Assembly: GCA_965637545.1 (NCBI GenBank)
Contig: OZ281497.1
Span: 23,808,001 to 23,872,000, forward strand
DNA: 64,000 nucleotides
From: Phallusia mammillata
Lineage: Eukaryota
Direction: 5' to 3'
Shown here: positions 25,092 through 36,042 of the stretch, piece after piece
Numbering within the stretch: position 1 is the first letter of the stretch
Layout of the letters: each line of letters begins with the position of its first letter
Translations under genes and position numbers: made by a program
The notes under the pieces: generated by a model
What the model saw: only the letters and a program-made list of their open reading frames with translations
What the model was told of the DNA's origin: nothing
The model's database searches: none

Positions 25092-28000
25092 ATGGACATT
25101 AAGATTGTGTATCTTTCTGTTTTAACCCTGTTTGCTGTTATATTGTCTACTCAAGCAGTACAATATGAAGACTTAAGATGCAAATGCACATGTTCGTCAT
25201 ACCACAACGTATCAGCAAGGGTAAAATGTTATGCTTGATCTACATTCTGTTTAAATAATTTGTTAATTACAATATTAAATGATTGACTTTTGCAAATTAT
25301 TTTATTGTGTTACAAATTGCCCAGTCTGCAGAGTGTGGCAGCTGCACGCACGATTATTTTGAAAAAAACGCCATTTTTAGGAGGGTTGCACGCGGAAATT
25401 TCGCACGAAAGGCATTTAATTGTACTGCCTTGACTTATTTTACTTGTTTTGTGCCTGCTGAAATTGGCCTTGCACGCGAACTTACGGGTCGTGCACGCGC
25501 GCACGCCGGACATGTTGGTCCTGCACGCACAAGATCTCGTCGGAAACTGCCATGTTCTGCACACTGGCAAATTGCTGTTTACAACAAATTTTGACATCAT
25601 ATTGTTGTGATCATTTTTGCCCAATGTAAATGCCAAAAATGTAATAATGGTGAATATTGCAAGTCTAAATTCAACATTGCAAAGTTAAGGATTACAACAT
25701 AGTGAACTGCACTAAGATTTTGAGTTTTAAAGACCTCCAATTTCAATGAAATATATAGTTTATATTTTAGGCTATACTCAAGGTTTAGGCCAGTGTATTA
25801 CAAGATGAAATTCATAAGATATAGCGCTGAGGTGACAAACAATTTACAACATAAAATCACACACAAATAGTTACAACGTAAATCATCTTCCAAGTTTAAA
25901 CAGGTATACAAGAATAACACTCTTCATGATGATTGCAACTGTTTAAGTGTGGTTGTACCAAGGCTGATTGGCACATCTATTAAAGAAGAAGATATTGATC
26001 CATACTGTTATCTGTGTGACTGCAAGTATGAAGTCAGAAGCACCAAAACCATGCAGGTACAACTTTTCATAAACGATACAGTAGATATAGACATAAATAG
26101 TAGCTTGATCATTTAAGTAAAACTGTAAATTGTAACCATACCTGCTTGTTAAGAAATTGCCTAGTTAAACACATAGTTTAATTGATAACATAAAGAAGTT
26201 GACAAATCGGTAATGTGATCTGCCGGATTTGTCTGTATATATATATATACAAACTTTGGCAGTTTGGGTACAACATAATATTAGGCTTGGTGTTGATACA
26301 TGAGTCTTGTACATTGTAATTCAGATTGAATTTGCCACAACAAGACTTACACTAATGTGTTTTTGGCAAGTACTATTTGAAATTGAAAAACCTTGTAAAC
26401 AGCACTTAACATGGTTGTGATAAAAGATAACACACATGCCTGTCACTCTAAATTATGTTCCTCTTGTTTTAAAGTGAGTCCAAATGCTAAGCACAGTGTA
26501 GTACTGGTGTTTTCCATAAAAACCTCCAGTTTATGTGCTTTTTTTACACAAATCTGAACCGCAAGATGCGTTTACTGATGCCCTGCCATGTAAACATTAT
26601 TTCCTGTCCAGTAATGCATTTAAACTAAACTTGAAAGCAACTTTATTCATCTATAGTCACTTTACAAGTTCTGTTGTTATACTATTTCCTGTGTAATATC
26701 AACAAACTTTTCCTGTTTATTTTCCAACATGGCTGACAAAGATAAACATCCTGAGTCCGACTGAATCTTTTTGTCACCTGGTATGTTTACCTTGCTTATC
26801 TTGATCACAAATAAACTTGGAAGTATGAATTATCCAGGAAAAGTTTGAATTAAAAGCTTTGCGACTTTTGAAATGTTTATATACTTAATCTAATTGTGCC
26901 CCAGCTTTTTCAATAAGTTTGCAACTGACCCAGAAAATCTACCAACAGTTTCATCAGGCACAGTGTAAACTTTCTGCAACCCCGTCAACATGTGTTAAAC
27001 AATAATTGAAAAAAAATGCTGTTTGATATGTTTTGCCAGTTACATACCAATTATTATTATTATTTTTTGTTGATTTTGTTACAAATTTACAATCCAAACT
27101 TAACATCTATAGATGTGTTTAAGTAGAAACGAATCATCAATTTCTAAGCTTTCATGTGCAATTAGGCAGATTATGCAATTATAGGAACGATTTTCTTAAC
27201 AAATAGCCAAGGTTTGAATTTATGATTAATATGGTATCAAATGGATTTGTCTGTAATAGGGTACTGCATTTAGGGTGCCACCTTATCAAATTAATGAAGT
27301 AACATCCTCTGGTCAACCATTCACTTAATCTATTATGCTTGCCAATTTGCATATTTTTATTTTCCGAAAATTTAAAACCCTAATACAGAATATATATAGT
27401 ACCTTAAACAACAATAAACCAAGTCAAGGGCATCATATGCTGATTTTTGTATCTGTACAGGTTGTTGTGTACATTTTCCTAATTGTTCTTGGACTGCTTG
27501 TCTTATACATGGGATTTATGATGATCATTGACCCAATTATAAATAAGTTTGGTGGCAAGGAAGGCCAGCAGCAGCTACTGCAAGACGATGCTACCGAAAT
27601 GTCATCCACTACAGGAAGAGATACCGATCGCATGTCATTAGTAAGGGTGTTTGCTTATTTCCACATTCAGTCTAAACATAGCTTTTGATTTTGTCGCAAT
27701 ACGAAAGTGCCCAAGAATATTTGCTATTTTTAGCTATGAGGAGATTTAAAAGTCTTTGACCTTCCTGTGTGGTTACCATCGTGCTTGACGAATCTATTGT
27801 AAACCATTTGGATATACTTTAGGTTAATATTGTGTGTTTTTTAGTTTAAAGTAGGGATGTGGCAAAACTGCAAATGTTCTGTTTGGTCGAGCACCGAGCA
27901 TCTCACTTTAATGCTCGGTGCATTATGACGTCACAAAAATCCCCTTTCTACGTTTAACCTCTACAATGTCTCTTACGTCACCGGCGGTGTTTTACTGAGC

Positions 28001-28845
28001 TGTACATGCCCACAAAGTACGCGTTTTTCCACCATCTAATACATTTGAAAAATCATTCGTTTTTGTTCATAGACACCCTTTAAAACACTAGTTGGGTAGT
28101 TACGTATGTTAGCAGGGCATGTATATGCAAATTTAATGCTCGGGTCAGTTTGTGCAACTGCTCGGCATCAAAGACAGCGATGCTCGGTACCGAGTACTCG
28201 GGTTCTGGCTCGGCTCGGCCCATCCCTAGTTTAAAGGGATACTTTACATTAGCAATAAAAACGGGTTTACCGTTATTTAGTAAATTACCCAAACCTACGA
28301 TTTTGTAGCTTTGATTGTACAGTAAACCTTGGTAAATCCGTACCCGTTTGGACTAAAACATTGTTTAAAATAGGCAAGATCTGGATTAACCGATGTCGTT
28401 AGTTAAAGCCTTACCACATTACAAATCATTTGTACCTCAAGTTTTGTCTAAATTAGGTGAAGATCGGATTAACCGAGGTTTACTGTATTTGCAATTTATG
28501 CTTTGAAAATATTGTATGTTTTGGTCCATCACTTTCTGAGTCGCTTTGTTTTGTACCGCTGACATAAAGTTAGTTTAACATAAATACAAACGTCGCATCA
28601 TTAAGTAGACACCCAAGCAATAAAATTTACGTGTTTATTATCCCCAACGTAATTAAACAACTTTCGCAGAAGCGCGCCTTAAGGCTTAAGCACTGCTCTC
28701 TAATAACCTGAAATCATTTTGGTAGGATGGACGCTCGGCTGGTCAATCAGTGTTTCAGCGGGTCAACTTGGTGCAAGCCAAATGGAAACGACAAGTTAAG
28801 GAACAAAGGTCAAGTGTATTCGAACGGCAAGAGATTCTTCACTGA
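25092..28845 (+). CDS. TMEM9: Transmembrane protein 9/9B family
   Basis: Exons 25092-25220, 25904-26056, 27461-27640, 28726-28845 in frame: signal peptide, YEDLRCKCTC, DCNCL, YCYLCDCKYEVRS, a TM helix, and C-terminal QAKWKRQVKEQRSSVFERQEIL. Confidence 0.93.
25321..25567. mobile_element. CC...GG-ended MITE (unclassified DNA transposon)
   Basis: TIRs ccagtctgcaga / tctgcacactgg; perfect 8-bp TSD caaattgc; repeated tgcacgc motif. Confidence 0.85.
27852..28228. mobile_element. hAT-like MITE
   Basis: TIRs tagggatg / catcccta; perfect 8-bp TSD gtttaaag; repeated gctcgg/ccgagc subterminal motif. Confidence 0.9.
28320..28485. mobile_element. Tc1/mariner (pogo/Tigger-like) MITE
   Basis: TA-flanked TIRs cagtaaaccttggtaaatccg / cggattaaccgaggtttactg; related copies at ~51590-51777 and 53299-53488. 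Confidence 0.85.
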
Positions 28846-31800
28846 CCAGCAACACGAAGAAACTTAGTCTGATGCGTCAAGCCGATTCTCCAACCCTCAA
28901 AGTGATCCTGCTACCTGTGTGTTCTCTATAGCTTTAATGAGGCACGGTTACTTCCAAATGTTGTTCTGGTTTAATATGTCTTCACAGCCAGTGTATTCAA
29001 GATACTTGGTTTAAAATCCAAGCTTTTAATTTCGCAGGTGCTCAAATCAAATTAAAAATGACTCTTTTGCCGGTATTCTTTAGCGATTTTTTTAACTTTG
29101 AGACTGGCTTACAGATTTTTTTTCGATTATGTGCAATATTTATCAGTTTGTACTAAATACTTAGCCACTTTTTCGTGACATAGTTTTTTTTATGCACACA
29201 TATGCGAAAATGTTACCAGCTCTATAACAACCGCCCCTTGTAATAATTTACCATCACAGTTATCAACTCTTCACTTCAGCCTATTAATATGCTTCGAATT
29301 GTGGAGTTAAAGTTAAAATGCAGTACTGCCGTTTTTTCGCATATTTTTCGTCGATTTTAACATTCGTTTGTTGTTTTGTAAAATTGTATCATCACCATTG
29401 AAATAAACTCCGTAAAAGTGAAATTGTTTTTGGTGTTTTTCCCGAACCTGGTAGATGTCAAACGTGTACACCTAATTTTGTTGGTACATCCTATTAATGG
29501 CTACATTAATATTTCATCATATTTAAGCTATAGATGACTTGTAAACTGCTGGTACAAACACTAGCAACCAATACAACCCTATAATAATGGATTAGGTGGA
29601 ATGTCGGTGAGTTGGGTTAAATGATTGTCATAAAAAACGTCCATGAACATAAAAACAGAAATAACAGGCTGCTGTAACCCAGGAAGGCTGCGCAACGCAT
29701 ATTTCTGGACCAGTTTTACTGGTTACTGTCAATGGACTTTTTGTGACAGAACCCGCTTAAAAATATGACTATTGTGATAGAACCGACTCAGAAAAAGTTT
29801 GAATTCCACCACCGTATTTAGCCATCCTAACGAGTATAAACTGCTGCACAAAAAGCTCAAAATTTTACAAGGACTTACAAACTCCCATTTTTTAAACGAA
29901 GTTCACTTACGATTTGAAGGTGATCGGTTTCATTCCATTTTGTTTGCTTGAGTTCAGCGATGACTTGCGTGAAGAGGAGGAATCGCTTTGTTTGCGATTC
30001 AAATTCATATTTATACAGCTTGGTTGAGGCGGCAGAGCAGGAAATTTTACAATAAGTCTTGTTGTTGTTATTTTTGCTTACTGTTCGTAGTTATGTAGAA
30101 CTTCCTCAAATTTCATAGCATCTACAAACATTTTTTTTTTTAATATCGAGTTTACCTTTCGTATTTCCCCCCATTCCTTTCGTATAAGTTCACTCTTTGC
30201 ATTATTATTGTGACATAAATTTCCTTTAGGCGTCTCTGTTACGTAGATAACATATAAAATCACAACTCCTGCGTCAAATATTTGAAGTATCTTGTTTAAT
30301 TTTACTTGTTCACCTTGCTTACAAAGTCCATAATTCTCTATCCGAAACCAGACTGGTTTGGCGCGACTTTTACGGGCTAAATGTAGCGATACTGGTGTGT
30401 TGAGCTTTGCTCGGTCTGGGATGTAAAAATAAGATCGCGTCCAAAGGGTTTAAACCTACTTTGAGACATTAATTCTAAGCCGATTGCCGTAAGATACCAT
30501 TCACAACGGTAATCTTGACTGAATAGTCGCGTGTACGACCCTCGCATTGACAGCATCAGCCATAGTGTTCTTTGTACGTTACGATGACAAATTGACGTCA
30601 ATATGATACGATTTAGTTTTTCTGCTTGGGAGTAACGTAGGCGGAACAATGTTGGCGGCCTGTGCAAACAGCAGATTGTGTGACCTTGAAAGTACATTGT
30701 TTCCACGTCAAGGTTAAATTTAGGTTGCCATGTTAACGACACGTCAAAGAGCTGAAGGACAAGCGGATTTCGGAAATGTGTGGGAGCAAAAGTATCAAGC
30801 AACGCTCAAATTCGTCATATATCTTGATATACAATGTCTTTGAGTATTACAGAAGACACAATGAGCACTGTTAGATTTACGCCCTATGTTTGATTTTACT
30901 TTATACACAAAACAAATTAATTAAAAACGTGCGTTTAGGGCACGCAAATGCATTGTTAGAAGGGGAGTTTGGAATATTTATCCACAGCAAAAAGTTTTGC
31001 AATTAGTTTTATCTATTTCGTTTGATTTACGAAACGATACGTTTGGGAAATTTACTGTGATTTTTTTTATGTCATTTGCTACTATCGTTAGGGGCCATGA
31101 AACCGAGTAAAACCTGGTAACGTCAAATAAAGCAAAAATAGAACAAATTTAGTGCTCAATTGACATGGTTAGCCCACAAGACGCCGGTGCTCCAAATTTT
31201 TGCAGAAATAATGGCCTCTTGAATATTCAAAGTCGACGCGACTAATTCAATTGCGACATTTCAGGCTCGTCTAAACATTTTGCGACGAATAGAGGAGCGC
31301 TGTGACGCAGAAGCGTTGTATATTGTTGTAAGACGCTTTCGTATCGCGGATTTCATCGACAACAAAACATTGGCAAGGGGAGAGAGCTATTTCAAAGACC
31401 AAATCCCATATGTGGGTGCCATGCCAAAACGGCAAATGCGGTGCTGTTTCCCGGAAAAGTCTAGATGACCTACGTAGCGAAATTGCGTAAATAAACATTT
31501 TTACGTAAACGCGCTTTCGACGCCTCAATCTAAGCCGTAATCGACCGGCGATCCTGTCTGGTTGAGTCGTATAAATACGCGAGGCCCTGGGCTTGATGAG
31601 TCATATCTACCTGGCCTTGGGTTGCCCTTTGCAAGCAATGCCAGACAAGTTTAAGCCGTGTTGCGTACAAGTTTTTGTGGCGGAGGCTCGAGAAACACGC
31701 TGGACAAATTGTACGTTGGCCCAAGGATGAAAAGGTAAGGCAAATCGTAAGTAAAATACAGGTTTTTTATTGTAACGAACAATAAACTATGTAATATGTA

Positions 31801-34557
31801 GCCACTACTACAAAATAGCCACTTACGTTTTGATTGGGTGATTATGACAGTTTTTACCGGATTGCAGCTGTATACACCAGTGCGCGGTGAGAGATGGACA
31901 AGTGAACCGCGAAAAATATTTGTTTTGCAGCACACAGCTATTACTCACGCTTTTTGCAAAAAGTCTTCTGATGCATTACATTAAAATTGGAAGTTAACTT
32001 TATTTTGTATGTTATAATCTGCAAAATGTGTATGTTGTATAAGGTTGCCTCAAGCATAAAGTTTTGCGAAACACTAAGTTAAGGAAAACCACAAGTGGTC
32101 CAAGCTAACCAATATATATATATATATATATATTCGTATGCAATTGATTTAGTTCTGGGTGCTAAAAAAATATTAACATGATTGAACTCAGAGAGCCGCT
32201 ATAGATTATGCAAGCATACGTTCTTGCGTAACGTTTATGCAAGATCTAAGGCAAAATGCGAAGGAATGTTGCGGTCTCGTAAGAAGGTTCGGTTGTGCAA
32301 TGGCGCATCAGGCCTAAAACTGCGACCAGCAGAATTATTATCACGAGAATCGGCTGGTCGAAATGTAACCGACAATGCCCGTGAGGCATCGGGCAAGGGA
32401 TTGAGTCTAGCGATCTTAAATCTCTGATATTTGCATTTTTGCTGGAGACAACATAGCTGATCCATTAGACAACACAGCTGACCATCAAAAAAGGTAAGTT
32501 TTTGGGTTTAGTCTTATGTTTAAAACATGCAAAAATAACTGTAAATAGTCCGGCGCAAATTTAACAGGCATGACAGATACAAAGTTATAAATATTGATCT
32601 TAGTTTTTTTGTAAGTTTAACACTGTGGCTATAAAGTTTAACGATTGTCTGCTGCTGGTATTAAATAATTAGACCTTTTTCGTCGGTATTATTTTGCACG
32701 TCTTAAACACCGCAAACATTTGCAGACGTGGCAATTACGCTGTCACGAAATGGAAAAGTTTTGTAAGCGATTGCAAATACCTCTTTAAATTAACCATAAA
32801 TCGGATTACTGTGGACACAGACCTTAACATTTTGCAGTAAATCCGTCCTAATCTTTAATTGAACAAAAAGTGAATGATTACAAAATGGAGTAACAAACGT
32901 TTCTTCCAACAGGGTACATATATTTAGTATGAGTTAGGTTTTTCGTTCAACTGGGATAAAGTTATGTACAAATTACTCGTTAGTAGAAGAACTTAACATG
33001 AGCAAACTAAAACACCGAGTCATTTGTATAACTCTACACCAGCTTGGTAAAATGGCATAAGAAAGAAAAACTTGATATATTTAAATCTATGAGAACGGGT
33101 ATTATACATGGCTGGCGTAAAGATAAGTGAAACGTAGCCTGAAGCCCCAAGATTCGGTGAGCGGTACACGGTGTGCTAAGAGACAACCAAATGATTTCAA
33201 GATCGTGCGAAAGTTGGGCAGTGGCATTTTTGCGCGAACCATAGATCTTGCGGTCGCACGGAGCGCCTCCTTTTCCGAGAGACGCAAGCGATTCACTGAT
33301 AAATCTTACAGTGAAAACACCACTCCCTACATACTAAGGACACAACGGTGCACTAGCTTCGTATGCTGAGAACAAGAACAGGTTGGTGTATTTTGCAAAA
33401 GAGACTTATACTAAATGGGTTTGACGATCATTAAACTTGATTGTGAGACCTATATATTTCGCCTTGATATCATTATAAGTATCTTATTCAAACAGAATGG
33501 GTGTGGAGACGTTATAAAACAATTAAGTTATAATTTAAGATGTGCACGTGTTGCCACAATACTGCAAGGTTTAGCAGTTTTGTAAAAAGTGCTATATCTA
33601 TAGCTGTAAGGTTTGCCATTGCACAAGCCGGTCAAATTCTACTTATATTCGGCATATATCAGACTTTCATTTCAAATCACAGCGAGAAAAATTATTGCGC
33701 AGTGTTTTGCAACAGCCCTGACAATGGTTTGTGGCTGTGTGAGCCCCGTGGAGGGCGTTCGTTTTTGCTGTGTTAGCAAGGGAGTGTCTGACGAGTTGAT
33801 CAGTTCTCGTGGCGTCTCCTTGTGCGGTGCGACGACAAGAGATAAACTTCATGTGAAGAACTCACCAAGAACAAGGCGAGTGTTGATTACTTATCGTCGA
33901 TTATCATTTTCGTGTGTGAGAAAAGGCGCGCTATCGTTTTCAAATCAATTAATAAGCAAACTGTACGTGTCCGATTAGCCAGATTTTGGGCTGAAAGACC
34001 CAGATGGCAGGAATGATGCTCTTGCTGCAGGGCCCAATGTGATGGTTAGGTTATTTTGTCATTATTGTTAATTAGTTGTTGAAAAAGTTAGGGTGGGCCA
34101 TTTTATCAGGTGGTATAAAAATTGGTAACGCTGAGTTTGAGAGCATATTGCGTTAAATCATATTGTATATGAGTGATAAAAGTTAAAACTAAATATTGAA
34201 AGCTTTTTGGGCTTAATTGGTACCGTAGTTTCACCAACTTTTTGGCCTATCCGGTTTCGAGCCAGGTTTCGGGCTTGTACTATTGGGTTTTGGCCCATTT
34301 TCGGACCAGATTACAATTCTGCCACCAAAAGCCCACCCAAATTTTGGTTGTTGTTGCAGCACAATTTGTACGTTGCGCGTGACAGCTCGCTCAGCTGGCT
34401 GTTTTCTCATGCAAATAACAGCCTGGTAAGCGAAATGTCCCGTGATGCGTTTCGAAACATCGTGTCGCATTCGACCGTACATGGAAAGAAACACAGCTAT
34501 GTGTAGTAGATTATTGGTCAGAAAATTACACGTAGTTTAAAAAATCATAGCTTAATG

Positions 34558-34719
34558 CAGTGGTTCTTAACCTGTGAATAACTACTAACCAATGGGTTAC
34601 TTGAAATTTTTAGGGGTATACTGGCATTATGATCTTTCAGTCTCATGACGCCATGGTTTTGTAACGTCATACTCGATATACGTAGTTTCAATCATTCATT
34701 TTTTTGTCCAGAACCACTG
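34558..34719. mobile_element. Short hAT-like MITE
   Basis: cagtggttct / agaaccactg TIRs; degenerate TSD gcttaatg / actgaatg. Confidence 0.65.
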
Positions 34720-35542
34720 ACTGAATGTTTAGGTTATTATTCGGGTGTAAATTTGATTTGCTTTTCGTTTAGGGAAAGTAAAATATCATTTTGGATGAAG
34801 TGTTTACTTTTTTAGTATTTGGCGCAAATACAAACAAAGCCAAAACATGATACTATATTTATACAAAAACTGTGGAAGAATTTACAAAAATCTTTTTATA
34901 CAGTACTTTTTGATAGAGTTAATGAATGCAATGCAACTTTAACGAATTATTTTATCCACAAGCTGGAAGCAAAGAGTAGTTTTTAATATAACAGGCAACT
35001 TTCTTTATTTGCATTAGGTTCTGCTTTAAATAAATAATGGAAACCGATCAAACGCTGTTGTAGCAATCTCAAACAACATTCTCTCCTATCTGATATAAAA
35101 AAGAAACGTCCTTGGTAATTGAGGGTCAAACCTTCCAATTCTCGCCACTTTGTTATCATTTCTTCCAACTTTATATAGATACAGTTGTAACAATCTACAT
35201 AAAACACTAAAATTAGAAAATTTTACGTCCTTTGGTGGTCTTCAACAAATAAACATGAAAGTCATGGCAATAATAGATCCTCTCTAGTGTTCAACATACC
35301 GGCAACGTAACAATGCTCCTTTATTTGGCGTTCTACAAAGTGCATTGTCACGTTGGTTTAGTTTATTTTCGAATGTTGACGTATTACGCAATAAATAGCT
35401 AGCCATTGGGAATGATAAGGAAGAAAGGTCAGCTCTGATATTAGATCGGCCCGTAGCTATAAACAACCCAAAGCCTGGATTTCCAAGTTAATTGTAAGTA
35501 GGTCTTTACTTTGGACTGCGCTGTTTGCAACATAGTTTATGA

Positions 35543-36042
35543 TAGGCCACACGTCCTCTTTTTGGAGGACATGTCCTCTTTTTTAACAAAAAACAAGTTG
35601 TCCTCCTAGGACAGTGGTTCTCAACCTTTTTGCCTTTGTGGACCCCTGTTGGTATTGTCAAGCTAATCGCCCCCTGAAACCCCCCGGACCCCCTGAAAAC
35701 GCTTTGCGGACCCCCGGTTGAGAACCACTGTCCTAGGACAATAAAAAATACCCAAATGTCCTCCGTTTTGAATTTACTATTTAGTAAATACCTAATTAAC
35801 AATTGTGCATTTAAAACCGTCCAAACAGTGCGAGTTGTGGTCATTGTTAATTGAAATTCACAATTTATAGTAAGTTATAGGCTATACTTCATCCAAATTG
35901 GACAATAATAATTGACTGCGTGAAATTCGTCAAATATCTTGTGCCTTCATTTTCTCGTGCGCAAAAGTAACTGTTAATAATTAATTAATATTCTTTGTCG
36001 GGAATGTGTCCTCCTTTTTAGTGATGAAAATATGGGGCTATA
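35543..36042. mobile_element. hAT-like MITE hosting a nested insertion
   Basis: 8-bp TSD gtttatga on both sides; eroded TIRs; repeated tgtcctc motif. Confidence 0.75.
35612..35730. mobile_element. 119-bp hAT-like MITE nested in 35543-36042
   Basis: TIRs cagtggttctcaacc / ggttgagaaccactg; perfect 8-bp TSD tcctagga. Confidence 0.92.

Noticed and set aside
25283-25636. Overlapping 103/108-aa ORFs in TMEM9 intron 1
   Set aside because: They coincide with the GC-rich MITE 25321-25567; no transposase similarity
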